From: Mobula hypostoma
Taxonomy: Eukaryota
DNA length: 64,000 nt
Reading direction: 5' to 3'
Assembly: GCF_963921235.1 (NCBI RefSeq)
Contig: NC_086097.1
Location: 104,224,001 to 104,288,000 of the forward strand
Positions within the stretch are counted from its first letter, which is position 1. Every line of letters starts with the position of its first letter. The notes under the pieces were generated by a model. That model saw only the letters and a program-made list of their open reading frames with translations. It was not told the origin of the DNA and did no database searches. Positions 13,511 through 28,000 of the stretch are shown piece after piece. Both the position numbers and the translations under genes were made by a program.

Positions 13511-14618
13511 TTTAAAAAAAAAGCAGGTAGAATTAAAACATTGAAAGACGTTTGAATAGAAAATGCCGTAAAGGTATGAGCCTAATGTAGGCAAATAGAT
13601 TATCATAAAGGTTCAATATAGTTGGCATGATCAAAATGGGCTATCAGGGCACCTTTCTGTGTTGTGTGAATCTATGAACCAGATAGGCTAACAGTAGTTC
13701 CATTATTATAACCAGAAACCTAGAAAATCATCGTATGATAAGGTATATTAGTGAAGTTTAGTTTTTTTAAAGAAGTGTCTGACTCTTTTTAGTGAACTTC
13801 AGAAGGTTACATAGACAAGTACAAGTGAATCTGTTGCACCTAGCTTTTGAAAAGGCATTGATGAGACATTTCTCAGAATGTATTATATGAAATAGGGTAA
13901 ATGGGAATGTGGGAACTTACAGAATTTATTAATTTTTTTCAGAAAATAGACATGGAAAATATGCATGAAAACAAAGAACTGTAAACTTAAAATTAAAACT
14001 GTAAATTCTCAATATTCAGCATTATCTGTGAAGAAAAGTTTAATTAGGATCTGTAATATTTAATGAGAACTTGAAATCTGGAATGCAGGTATGACCATCA
14101 AGCAGTTACCTTTACCAATTCAATTTACCAGCACTTGGTCAGTAGCCTTCTATACCTTGATTCAAGTGCACATCCAGATGATGGTTAAATGTTGTGTATA
14201 CTTGTCTCCACATTCTCAGGTTGTGTTATTCTCTTGTGATATTCTATTTTGTGGGCATAGCTTTCGTTAGCCACAGAGTTGCACTCGTGTGAGCAATCTC
14301 CTGATAGATTGACTAAGTAGTTACCCTTTTTTCAACTGGTTATTCAGCTGTTGTGTTATCACAATCAAACCCAACACTACCTTTGTTTAAAGTGTGTGTG
14401 TTTGTGATCTTGAGCAGAAGCTATCATTGATTCTGTTCCCTGTTGGTTGAACTGAACCTATAGCTATTGAGATTGCAGATAGTGAAGTACCTTGATTCAT
14501 CTGTTATAAATGCTCAATGGGAAGCAATTCCGTGAGGAGTCTCTTAGGATTTTACATAAACTTTGTATGATGTGAGATTATTTTAAGACTAATCAGAACT
14601 TGCATTCTTCCTTTTCAG

Positions 14619-14693
14619 TACTTAGGCCATGTGGAGGTAGATGAATCTCGAGGGATGCACATCTGTGAGGAAGCTGTAAAGAAACTGAAATCT
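14619..14693 (+). CDS. numb: Numb coding exon 2 (YLGHVEVDESRGMHICEEAVKKLKS), PTB domain
   Basis: Read by eye; absent from the ORF track. Acceptor ttcttccttttcAG (14617-14618) and donor TCT|GTATGT. 75 nt, in frame with exon 1, matches the NUMB PTB sequence. Confidence 0.97.
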
Positions 14694-17379
14694 GTATGTA
14701 TATACATTTTGAACAGCACATAACATTTAAAAATTGCACATCATATCAGAAAATACTAACTTTTATGTTGCTTAACTAATGTTCTTTGTAGTTTGCTGCT
14801 CCTAGCTTGGTGTTGCACTTCGTCATGGTTTATGGTCGCTGACTCTTGTACATGAAATAGTTCAGGTTTGTTTTGTATACCACTGCATGCTGCAGTACTA
14901 ATGTAGCATCTTATCTGTGCTAGCTAAGTGGGCTGCAAAAGTGGTTTTGTTTTAATTTTTTTGCATCATTATTTCTCCTCTTGCCCACGATTGTGGCATG
15001 GCATTCCCCATCTTGCAGAGACAGACATGGACTCTAGGACTTCATATCTCCACTGGTGTTAGTTTGTTGCTAAGGCAAGGAAGCCTTATGCTCACATCTT
15101 TAGCAGAATCTTCTGTGGAGTCATATTAGTAAGACACAACAAAACTGTGTTACTTGGAGATGGTATTTAATGGAATAAGGATTGAATCACTCACTTTCTA
15201 TGTAGATTGTAGTTTACAGCAGTGCCATAATATAAAACTGTATACTTATGGAAATCAAATACTGAGGTGCAATTGTATGTAGAGTTTCACTGATTGTGTG
15301 CTGTTATGTAAAATATTTTTAGGATTGCAAAGGTAACTGGCTTTGGCTTTGTTACTACTAACTTCGATCTTGGTCAGACATCAAGTGTTAAATGAGTGAC
15401 TTTGCAATGTGGTAGTAGATTGTGGAATTGGTGTTACAGGTAATGATGTGTGACTGAAGCATTTGTTAACTGTATCTTCAGTAAGCTACAAATTGCACGA
15501 TGAAGCGAAGATGTAGATAAAAAATTTCAGCTAGTACTAAATTAATGAAAATAAGCATTGTGGATAGGAGAAGGAAGTTACCAGTTATGTAGGCTAAATA
15601 GATGGCATTTGATGTGGAGTATTATGGAGTTAGGGGCAGATTACCTGCAGTCTAATTGATTTTTGGCCAAATAATGTTAAATGATAGGAGAAAAAGAATA
15701 GAATCTCCACTGAAGGAGAAAACAGAAGTATGGTGGAAATTTCACCTTTGCACCTTTTGACACACAGTAAGCTTCAGCTGACAATGTATTCTGCTACGTC
15801 TCCCCTGACAGCATTCAGTAAAGGAGTTGCAAGTGTACAAGATGTTGGTGAGGGCACACTTGGGGGTCACCTTACAAAAGCAAGGATATGATTAACTTGG
15901 AAAAGGTGCAGAAAAGATTCACCAGGACGTCTGTGGGAGTGGAGGGTTTGAGTTAGAAGGAGAAGCTAGACAGGCTGGGACTGTTTCCTTGGAGCATCAG
16001 AGGCTGACAGGTGACCCTTGGGGTAAATAAAGCTGAGGACTTTGGGTATGAAACCCTTATGATGAAGATAATGCCGAGTTGTGGTCTCTGAGGTCATGGC
16101 TCAGATTTAATTGTTTCTTGGGCTTGTAAGATGGTTTTGAGGATAGAGGAGAGTTGAGTGTCAGATTTGTGTTTAGGGATAGGGAGATGGGTAGTTCGAG
16201 CTCAGTTAGGAATCTAGGCCTCTGCTCAGAATTCAAAGGTCAGTGACATGAATGTAAGACGAAGGACAGCCGTGATTGTATGTCAGACTGGCAGACCAGT
16301 GATGGTGGCACACCACCCTCCAGGTCAGCGAGTCGATGGCATCTTCTGGGATTGGAGTTCCATGTGGCCAGGAGGCACAAGTAACAGTGACCCTACCCCC
16401 GGTATGTGATTTGGCAACACTGGAGTTCGAGGTGTAGTGTTTGGGATCCCGATCATTGATGTAAAAGCCCTAGAATTCAGGGTCCACATCCAGGGTCCTC
16501 ATTTATCATTGTTGGCAAATCCTGAGCCGATGCAGAAGGTCGATTGGAAGTCGAGGCTTTATGGCCAGAAACCTGTTCTGTAAGTCCACAACAGAAGTTG
16601 AAGGCCCAGAGAGTCTGAGTCTGAGTGTACTGGAGGCTGCAGACATCCGGTCTTGGGGTTGGAGGACCGTCTGTGTCTCTGCTTTTGTGGGTGGTAGGGA
16701 GGACAGGGTTTGTTTTGCTGTTGTTCTGTGAACATGGTGGCCACACCATTTTTGCACTGGAATCTGAAGCAACACTTGCAGGCTGCCTGAGGTTGTGTTT
16801 GGTGTTGACGCAAACAATGCAACACGGGGGAATTTGAAGTTAGAGAATTGTGTGTGCTATTCCAATAATTTTTCCCTAGAACTTTCTGTTCAGGTTTGAC
16901 TACTATTTAAAATTTGATTGCTGCTAGTTTATTTTCATTTCTGCTGCCTTTGATATAATGTTATTGAAGGAGTAATACTTTCTTGATCAAATTAATACCA
17001 ATGAGTAAATCTGCAGTGTGCCCAGTGCCACTTCACAAAAGCTAAAATGGATCTATATGATTTGTATCAAAGCAATGACTATAGTCACGTTAACTTTGGA
17101 TATGCATATTCTCCATTACCACTTCAATCCATTGCTGCCTACATTTGGAATTGGGAATTGGATTTGTTTTGTTGTTGTCACATATACAGAGATACAGTGG
17201 AAAAACGTCTCGCATGCTGCTCGTACAGAGCAGATCAATACAGAGGGCATTGAGATAGAACAAGGTAAAACAATAATAGAACAATAATAGAATGCAGAAT
17301 AAAGTAGATATACAGAGGAAGGGCAATACAGGTAAACAATAAGGTGCAAGATCGTACTGAGGTGGATTGTGAGGTCAAT

Positions 17380-17970
17380 AGTCCAACTTGTCTCTTTAGT
17401 AGTCTTAACAGTGGAATAGATGTTGTCCTTGACCTTGCGGTATGTGGTTTTATGTTTTTTGTATCTTATTAATGGAGAAGGAGAAAAGAGAATGTCAGGG
17501 TGGTTAGGGTCTTTGTCTATATTTCTCACTGTATTAGTAAAGCAGCCAATATAATCAGAGTCCATGGCGGGGAGATTAGTTTTTGTGATGTACCGAGTCA
17601 TGACGACAGCTCCCTACAGTTTCTTGTCACTTTCACAGCAGTTGCCATACGAAGCCGTTATGCATCCAGGTAAGATGCTTTCTGTGGTGCATTGATTAAA
17701 AATGTGTAAGAGTTGATGGGGGTATACCGAATGTCTCCTGAAAAATAGAGACTTTCTCTCAGCAATGACCTCTGCCATGGTTGAACCAGGATGTTATTGG
17801 TGATGGTCACTCCCAGGAACTTGAAGCTCTCAACCTCAACACCATTATTGTAGATAGGAGCATGTGCACTGCCCCTTCCTGAAGTCAGTCTCTCTCTCTC
17901 TTGTTTCGCTGAAATTGAGGGAAAGGATGTTATCATGACACCAAACACCTGTGACTTCTCCTTGTGGAAA
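17380..17970 (-). mobile_element. Old Rex1/L2-type LINE 3' fragment
   Basis: The minus strand gives VEVESFKFLGVTITNN and IDKDPNHPD remnants. Confidence 0.6.
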
Positions 17971-19339
17971 CATAGATTGCTAGAGTGAGCAGCTGCTGGC
18001 ACAGCTCTCCTCGGAAACCTTCTGTACCCTAACTTGCCAATTATTTCATCCTGACCTTTTAGATATTCATTAGTTACTAATGTTCAACAGTCTTTTCATG
18101 AGTATTATCCCTTTTTACTAATTGGTTTATAGGATGCAATGTCAGAAGCATAGTCCAAATTTGTATATCCATTATTGGCCTTGAACATATGGCAGTGAGC
18201 CATTTTCAGAAACGGCCATAGTCTTTACTGAAGATAATCTAACTGTGCTTTAGGCATAAAGATTACAGGATTTAGATCTCACAGTTGTGAAGAATTGTGA
18301 AATATTTACAAGTTGATGTGTGGGTCCTGAAGAGGGAACCACAGATCTGAGATTCCCTTGCTGCCCTTTGGTAGAGGTTGCAGGTTGAAAAGGTAATCTA
18401 TTACTTATTGCACTACAGTACCAATCGTGACTCCTAATCAAGCAGTTGCTTGGTCGTGTTTGGTTGATGAGTTCTACTGTAGCTACACGCTGCTGGGCAA
18501 GTGGGCTGTTTTCCATAACATTCTGGACTTGTTCCTTGCAGATATTGGAAAGATACTGGTGTCTCATTCAATAAGGGATACCCATAGTTTGAACTGCTCT
18601 TGGAGCCATGGTATTTTAATGATTTCAAATTTTGATTAATTGCAATCAACAGGATGTTGATGGTGGAGTACCTGGTAATTGTAGTGGTGAATGTCATGGG
18701 TAGTTACACCTTTCTTGTGTAGATGAAGATTGTCTGGCATTTGTGTATGCAAATTTAATTGTAATTGAGCAGCCATGCCCAGACAGTGGAGTAGCCTGTT
18801 GCAGCCACCATGGAGGGGAGATGCTGGAGGCAGTGTGATGTGGCGTCATGTTCGATTGAGATCCCTCCTAGTGATGCTGCCCTCCAGTGTTTGCTTTGTG
18901 GACGACAAGCAGGTTTGCATGCGTTCATCTGTGGATTGCCGAGGGCTTGTTCTTTTCGACAACATCCATGTGCTATCTATCAACAGGATGTGTCACTCGT
19001 GGATGGGCTATATTATGTATTTCTTGTGTGACTATGTTTACTGCTGTCTTATTTGTGTGCGATGTGCCTTGTATTGTGTTAGTTTTGCACTTTGGCCCTG
19101 GAGGAATGCTGTTTCATTTGGTGGTATTCATGTATGGTTGAGTGACAGTTAAACCACAACTTGAAATGCTAGTTAGGATGTGTTTCATGCAGGCATTTGC
19201 TTTCTGGACCATAATGAAAGAAAGTCATCCCTCTGTAAATATCTCCACGTTTCATCTTAAGGGGGCACTTAGATAGAAAATAGGTTATTAAAACAGAAGT
19301 TAGAAAATTGGAATACAAAACTAAGGAAATGTTAATGAG

Positions 19340-19870
19340 ACCATAAGATGTATGGGCAGAATGAGGCTTATTAAGTCTTTCTGACATTCCATCATGATTG
19401 ATTTATTATCCTTTACAACCCCATTTTCCTGCCTTCTCCCCGTGACCTTTGATGCCTTACTCATCAAGAACCTGTCAATTTCTGCTTTAAATATACCCAG
19501 TGACTTGGCCTCCGCAGCTGTCTGAGGCAATAAATTCCACAGATTCAGCACTTCCTGGATAAGTAAATTCTTCCCCATCAGAGGAAACATCCACTCTATC
19601 TTAGGTCTTTCACTGTTCGTTAGGTTTCAGTGAGTTCCTCCTTTGTTCTTCTAAGCTCCAAAGAGTACGGGCCCGGAGCCATCAAATGCTTTTTATACAT
19701 TAACCCTTTTGACCCTGGGATAATTTTTATGAACCTCCTCTGGGATCTCTCCAATGTCAGCACATCCTTACTTCAATAAGGGGCCCAAAACTGCTCATGA
19801 TAATCCGTGTGCGGTCTAACCAGTGTCTTCTAAAGCCTCAGCATTATATCCTTGCTTTTATATTCTATAT
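19340..19870 (-). mobile_element. CR1 3' fragment
   Basis: VLNLWNLLPQTAAEAKSLGIFKAEIDRFL in ORF 19321-19590, followed by CR1 3' UTR. Confidence 0.85.
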
Positions 19871-22571
19871 AAAGATTTTACGGAGTTTTAGAACAGCCTT
19901 CCATGGAATATTGAATCTATTTGTAACCTGAGCATGTAATCAGTGATGCATTTTCATAGAAAATAGAACAGTATAGCACAGTATAGGCCCTTCCCCTGAC
20001 AATGTTGTGCCAATCTTATAACCTGCTCTAAGATCAATCTAACCCTTCCCTCCTACATAGCCTTGCACTTTTCAATTATCTATGTGTCCAAAACATGTGT
20101 CTGAGGTCTATATCATCTGACCTCCTATTTATCTCACCGTACTGGATACCAGCTGTCGTTCAAATAACTCCTCCTTCCTCTCTCTGTGTAAGAAATGCCA
20201 GCAGGTGATGTCTTTGAGGAAAGTATAAACAACCTGTGAGCAGTCTTCGTCTCTCTTTCCCTCTTTTAAAAACAGGTTGTTGGTGTTAAATAACTCTCTC
20301 TTTTCAAAAGCACAGTTCATAGGGGTAATTCAAGACCCCATTACAGTGTTTTAAAAAAAAATCACCCTGGAAAATGTCTCTGTCTATCATTCATCTTGTA
20401 TACCAGTATCAAGTCACTTCTCACCCCCGCTTCACTCCAAAGAGAAAAGCCCAAGCTCATACAGCCTATTCTCATTAGACATGCTGTCTTTTCCAGGCAA
20501 CACCCAGGTAAATTTTCTCTGGGCTCTCTCTAAAGCTACCATATCCTTCCTATAATTAGGTGACCAGAACTGAATGCAACATTCCAAGTGTGGTCTACCC
20601 AGAGTTTTATAGAGCTGCAATATTATCTTGCGGCTCTTGAACGCAATCCCCCAACTAGTGAAGACCAATGCATCATAAAACACACACAAAATAATGGAGG
20701 AGTTCAGCAGGCTAGGCAGCATCTTGGAAAAGAGTGCAGTCAATGCTTTGGGCTGAAACCATACACCTTAATAACCTGATTAAGTTGCGTGGCAACTTTG
20801 AGGAATCAATGAACATCAACCCCTATGTTCCTCCACACTGTTGAGAAAGCTACCATTAACCTTGTATTCTGCTTTTAAATTCAACCTTCTAAAGTAAATC
20901 TCTCCACACTTTTCCAGCTGAACTTTTCTAGCCACCTCTACATCTTGTCAAAGTCCTGTTATAACGTATGACAACCTTCTACAATAGCCATGACTCCAAG
21001 CTCTAAACTCCAAACAAATCTGCAAACTTGCTAACTCACCCTTCCAGTTCCTCACCAAATCATTTATAAAAATAACAAAGAGCAAGGGCCCCAGAACAGA
21101 TTCCTGTGGAACGTCACCTGTCACTGACCTCCAATAATTTGCTCACCACTGATTTATAGAGTCACTGGTCCATAATTCCCTGGTTTATTCTTACACCCTT
21201 TCTTGAATGAAGGCATAACATTTGCTGCCCTCCAATCGTCTGGTCCCAGACAAGTGAGAATTCAAAGATCATCGCCAAAGGTACAACAATCTCTTCCCTC
21301 ACTTCCCATTGTAATGTTGAGTATATCCCACCCAGCTCTGGGACTAATCTAGCCTAATGTTTTTCAAAAATTCAATTATACCCTCATTCTTAATGGCGAT
21401 ATGTTCTAGCATATCAACCTGCATTATACTGTCCTCACAAACGTCATGGTCCCTCTCACTGGTGAATACTGAAACAAAGTATTCGTTAAAGGCTTCCCCA
21501 ACCTCCTTTGACTCCAGGCTCATTTCCACTTCAGTCCCTGATAGGTCCTCCCCTCACTCTCGTCACCCTCCTGTTCTTTACAGAGGTGTAGAACGCCTTG
21601 GGATTTTCCTGAATCCGACTCACCAAGGCCTTCTCAAGCGCCCTTCGAGCTCTCCAAAGTCCATTCTTAAGCTCCTTCCTGGCTACCTTGTGACTCCCCA
21701 GAGCTCTGTCTGATCCTTGCTTTCCAAACCTTAAGTAAACTTTCTTCCTCTTGATCAGATATTTCACATCTTTTGTTAAGTGTGGTTCTTCACCGTACCA
21801 TCTGTACAATGGGACAAAGCTATAGAGAACCCCATGCAAGAGCTTCCGAAACAGCGTCGACATTTCAGTTCTGTATTTCCCGGAGTAGACCTTTTTCTAG
21901 TTATGCTCCCAAGTTCCTGTCTAACAGCATCATAGTTCTCCCCACCCAATTAAATACTGTTCCATACATTCTGCTCATATCCCTGTTCAAGGCTATAGTA
22001 AAAGATCTGGGAGTTGTGGTCACTGTCACTGAAATGCTCTCCGACTGAGAGATTCCTTAGACAATATGTTGACAGGCCTCTCCTCTAGTTGGCCTATCAA
22101 CATATTGTCTCATGAATCCTTCCTGGACACACCTAACACATTCCACCCAATCTAAACCTTTTGCACTAAGGAGGTGCCAATCAATATAAGGGAAGTTGAA
22201 GTCACCTGTGACAACAACCATGTTATTTTTGCCCCTTTTCAAATTCTGCCTCCCAATCTGTATCTCAGCATCCCTGCTGCTAATGGGAGAGTCTAGAGAA
22301 TACTTCCAATAGAGTCATGGCTCCCTTCCTGTTTCTGACTTCCATCCACACTGACAATCCCTCCGTGACATCTCCCTTTCTACAGCTGTGATGCCATCCC
22401 TTATTAGCAATGCCACTCCTCCATCTCTTTAATAACCTCCTCATCCATTTTGAAACATCAAAACCCCGGAACATCCAGCAGCCATTCTTACCCTTGTGAC
22501 AGCCAAGTTACTGTAATGGTCACAATGTTGTAGTTCCATGTACTGGCACATTGTCTAACTTCATCAACCTT

Positions 22572-22845
22572 GGGCGCCATGGTAGAGTAGTATTTTGCGC
22601 AATGCTATTACAGCTCTGGGTACTTGAGTTCAAAGTTCCATCCCAACGCTCACTGTAAGGACTTTCAGCACACCCTCCTGTGGAATGTCTCGGTTTTCTC
22701 TGGGTCGACAGACCAAAGACTTACTTGTAAGATTAATTGGGCAATGTAAATTGTCCTGCCATTAGGTTAGGGTTAAATCAGACTTGTTGGAGGGTTGAGG
22801 GGTGGTGAAAATCGAAGGGCCTGTTCCTCCAAATAAATAAAAATA
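22572..22845 (+). mobile_element. tRNA-derived SINE inserted in a CR1 endonuclease coding region
   Basis: Head GGGCGCCATGGTAGAGTAG...GAGTTC, core TTAATTGGGCAATGTAAATTGTCC, CR1-like tail GAAGGGCCTGTTCC. Splits the reading NARRIRNK|VDE. Confidence 0.7.
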
Positions 22846-22864
22846 ATTTGTTCCTGATGCGCCT

Positions 22865-23598
22865 TGCATTACAATACACACACTTTAACCCACCCCATCT
22901 GCATTCTGTAAAATACACACACTTCAACCCTCCCTGTCTGCATTTTGTAAAATACACACACTTCAACCCACGCTCTGTCTGCATTCTGTAAAATACAGAC
23001 ACTTCAACCCTTACTCCGTCAGCATTCTGTAAAATACACACACTTCAACCCTTACTCCGTCAGCATTCTGTAAAATACACACACTTCAATCCTCCTTGTC
23101 TGCATTCTGTAAAATACACACACCTCAACCCTCCCCGTCAGCATTCTGTAAAATACACATACTTCAACCCACCCCCTGTCTGCATTCTGTAAAATACACA
23201 CACCTCAACCCTCCCCATCAGCATTCTGTAAAATATACACTTCAACCCACCCTGTCTGCATTCTGTAAAATACACACACTTCAACCCTCCCTGTCTGCAT
23301 TCTGTAAAATACACACACCTCAACCCTCCCTGTCAGCATTCTATAAAATACACACTCTTCAACCCTTACTCCGTCAGCATTCTGTAAAATACACACACTT
23401 CAATCCTCCTCGTCTGCATTCTGTAAAGTACACACTTCAACCCACCCCCTGTCTGCATTCTGTAAAATACACACACTTCAACCCACCCCGCTGTCTGCAT
23501 TCTGTAAAATGCACACACTTCAATCCACTCCCTGACTGTATTACAATACACACTTCAACCCACCCCCTGACTGTATTACAATACACACACTTCAACCC
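22865..23598. repeat. Minisatellite, left block (35-39 bp units, mostly GCATTCTGTAAAATACACACACTTCAACCC..)
   Basis: About 20 visible tandem units; switches to the GACTGTATTACAATACAC type at about 23530. Confidence 0.95.
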
Positions 23599-23599
23599 T

Positions 23600-25064
23600 A
23601 GGTGAGGGAGGAGATTGCTGAGCCTCTGGCGATGATCTATGCAACATCACTGGGGACAGTTGAGGTTCCAGAGGATTGGAGGGTTGCGGATATTATACCA
23701 TTATTCAAGAAAGGGAGCAGAGGTAGACCAGTGAGTCTTACTTCAGTGGTTGTAAGTTGATGGAGAAGATCCTGAGAAGCAGGATTTATGAACATTTGGA
23801 GAGGCATAATGTGATTAGGAATAGTCAGCATGGCTTTGTGAAAGGCAGGTCATGCCTTATGAGCCTGATTGAATTTTTTGAGGATGTGACTAAACACCTC
23901 GATGAAGGTAGAGTAGTAGATGTAGTTTATATGGATTTTAGCAAGGCATTTGACGAGGTACTCCATGCAAGGTTTATTGAGAAAGTAAGGAGGCATGGGA
24001 TCCAAGGGCAAATTGCTTTGTGGATCCAGAACTCGCTTGCCCACAGAAGGCAAAGAGTGGTTGTAGACGGGTCATATTCTGCATGGAGGCTGGTGACCAG
24101 TGGATCAGCCTCAGGGATCTGTTCTGGGACCCCTGCTTTTTGTGATTTTTATAAATGACCTGGATGAAGAAGTGGAGGGATGGGTTAGTAAATCTGCTGA
24201 TGACACAAAGGTTGGAGGTGCTGTGGATAGTGTGGAGGGCTTCAGAGGTTACAGCGGGACATTGATAGGACGCAAAACTGGGCTGAGGAGTGGCAGATGG
24301 AGTTCAACCCAGATAAGTGTGAGGTGGATCATTTTGGTAGGTCAAATATGATGGCAGAATATAGCATTAATAATAAGACCTTTGGCAGTGTGAAGGATCA
24401 GAGGGATCTTGGGGTCCGAGTCCATAGGATACTCAAACCTGCTGCACAGGTTGATTGTGTGGTTAAGAAAGCATACAGTGTACTGGCCTTCATCAATCAT
24501 GGGATTGAGCTTAGGAGCCAAAAGGTAATGTTGCAGCAATATAGGACCCTGGTCAGCTCACTACAGGAAGGATGTGGAAACCATAGAAAGGGTGAAGAGG
24601 AGATTTACAAAGATGTTGCCTGGATTGGGGAGCATGCCTTAGGAGAATAGGTTGAGTGAACTCAGCCTTTTTTCCTTGGAGTGACAGAGGATGAGAGGTG
24701 ACCTGATAGATTTGTATATGATGATGAGAGGCATTGATCGTGTGGATAGTCAGAGACTTTTTCCCAGGGCTAAAATGGCTAGCACGAGAGGGCACATTTT
24801 TAAGGTGCCTGGAAGTAGGTACTGAGGAGATGTCAGTGGTAAGTTTTTCATGCAGAGAGAGGTGAGTACGTTGAATGGGCTGTCGGCGACAGTGGTGGAG
24901 GCGGATACAGTAGGGTCTTTTAAGAGACTCCTGGATAGGTACAGGGAGCTCAGAAAAATAGAGGGCTACGGGTAACTCTAGGTAATTTTTAGGGTAAGGA
25001 CGAGTTTGGCACAGCTTTGTGGGCAGAAGTGCCTGTATTGTGCTGTAGGTTTTCTGTGTTTTTA
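23600..25064 (+). mobile_element. 5'-truncated CR1 (RT to 3' UTR) inserted into the minisatellite
   Basis: [31 protein letters not shown] and KSADDTK, followed by CR1 3' UTR. Array units flank both sides. Confidence 0.92.
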
Positions 25065-25065
25065 A

Positions 25066-28000
25066 TGCACCCCCTGACTGTATTACAATACACACCAACC
25101 CACCCCTGACTGTATTACAATACACACCAACCCACCCCTGACTGCATTACAATACACACACTTCAACCCACCCCTGACTGTATTACAATACACACACTTC
25201 AACCCACCCCTGACTGTATTACAACACATGCCAACCCACCCCTGACTGTATTACAATACACACCAACCTACCCCTGACTGTATTACAATACACACTTCAA
25301 CCCACCCCCTGACTGTATTATAATAAACACCAACCCACCCCTGACTGTATTACAATACACACACTTCAACCCACCCCTGACTGTATTACAATACACACAC
25401 TTCAACCCACCCCTGACTCTATTACAATACACAGCAACCCACCCGACTGTATTACAATACACACCAATCCACCCCTGACTGTATTACAATACACACATTT
25501 CAACCCACCCCTGACTGTATTACAATACACTTCAACCCATCCCTGACTGTATTACAATACACTTCAACCCATCCCTGACTGTATTACAATACACACCAAT
25601 CCATCCCTGACTGTATTACAATACACACCAACCCACCCCTAACTGTATTACAATACACACCAACCCACCCCGACTGTATTACAATACACCAACTTCAACC
25701 CACCCCCTGACTCTATTACAATACACACATTTCAACCCACCCCTGACTGTATTACAATACACACACTTCAACCCACCCCTGACTGTATTACAATACACAC
25801 ACTTCAACCCACCCCTGACTGTATTACAATACACACATTTCAACCCACCCCCTGACTGTATTACAATACACACCAACCCACCCCTGACTGTATTTCAATA
25901 CACACCAACCCACCCCTGACTGTATTACAAAACACACTTCAACCCACCCCCTGACTGTATTATAATAAACACCAACCCACCCCTGACTGTATTACAATAC
26001 ACACACTTCAACCCACCCCTGACTCTATTACAATACACAGCAACCCACCCGACTGTATTACAATACACACCAATCCACCCCTGACTGTATTACAATACAC
26101 ACATTTCAACCCACCCCTGACTGTATTACAATACACTTCAACCCATCCCTGACTGTATTACAATACACACCAACCCACCCCTGACTGTATTACAATACAC
26201 ACCAACCCACCCCTGACTGTATTACAATACACTTCAACCCATCCCTGACTGTATTACAATACACACCAATCCATCCCTGACTGTATTACAATACACACCA
26301 ACCCACCCCTAACTGTATTACAATACACACCAACCCACCCCGACTGTATTACAATACACCAACTTCAACCCATCCCCTGACTCTATTACAATACACACAT
26401 TTCAACCCACCCCTGACTGTATTACAATACACACACTTCAACCCACCCCTGACTGTATTACAATACACACACTTCAACTCACCCCTGACTGTATTACAAT
26501 ACACACACTTCAACCCACCCCTGACTCTATTACAATACACAGCAACCCACCCGACTGTATTACAATACACACCAATCCACCCCTGACTGTATTACAATAC
26601 ACACATTTCAACCCACCCCTGACTGTATTACAATACACTTCAACCCATCCCTGACTGTATTACAATACACACCAACCCACCCCTGACTGTATTACAATAC
26701 ACACCAACCCACACCTGACTGTATTACAATACACACCAACCCACCCCTGACTGTATTACAATACACACACTTCAACCCACCCCTGACTGTATTACAATAC
26801 ACACACTTCAACCCACCCCTGACTCTATTACAATACACAGCAACCCACCCCTGACTGTATTACAATACACACCAACCCACCCCTGACTGTATTACAATGC
26901 ACACACTTCAACCCACCCCTGACTGTATTACAATACACTTCAACCCATCCCAGACTGTATTACAATACACACCAACCCACCCCTGACTGTATTACAATAC
27001 ACACACTTCAACCTACCCCCTGACTCTATTATAATACACACCAACCCACCCTTGACTGTATTACAATACACACCAACCCACCCCTGACTGTGTTACAATA
27101 CACACACTTCAACCACCCCCTGACTGTATTACAATACACACATTTCAACCCACCCCTGACTGTATTACAATACACACACTTCAACCCACCCCTGACTCTA
27201 TTACAATACACAGCAACCCACCCCTGACTGTATTACAATACACACCAACCCACCCCTGACTGTATTACAATGCACACACTTCAACCACCCCCTGACTGCA
27301 CACATTTCAACCCACCCCTGACTGTATTACAATACACACACTTCAACCCACCCCTGACTCTATTACAATACACAGCAACCCACCCCTGACTGTATTACAA
27401 TACACACCAACCCACCCCTGACTGTATTACAATGCACACACTTCAACCCACCCCTGACTGTATTACAATACACTTCAACCCACCCCTGACTGTATTACAA
27501 TACACTTCAACCCATCCCAGACTGTATTACAATACACACCAACCCACCCCTGACTGTATTACAATACACACACTTAAACCTACCCCCTGACTATTATAAT
27601 ACACACCAACCCACCCTTGACTGTATTACAATACACACCAACCCACCCCTGACTGTGTTACAATACACACACTTCAACCCACCCCCTGACTGTATTACAA
27701 TACACACATTTCAACCCACCCCTGACTGTATTACAATACACACTCTTCAACCCACCCACTGACTGTATTACAATACACACCAACCCACCCCTGACTGTAT
27801 TACAATACACAAATTTCAACCCACCCCTGACTGTATTACAATACACACACTTCAACCCACCCCTGACTGTATTACAATACACACACTTCAACCCACCCGA
27901 CTGTATTACAATACACACACTTCAACCCACCCCTGACTCTATTACAATACACAGCAACCCACCCGACTGTATTACAATACACACCAACCCACCCCTGACT

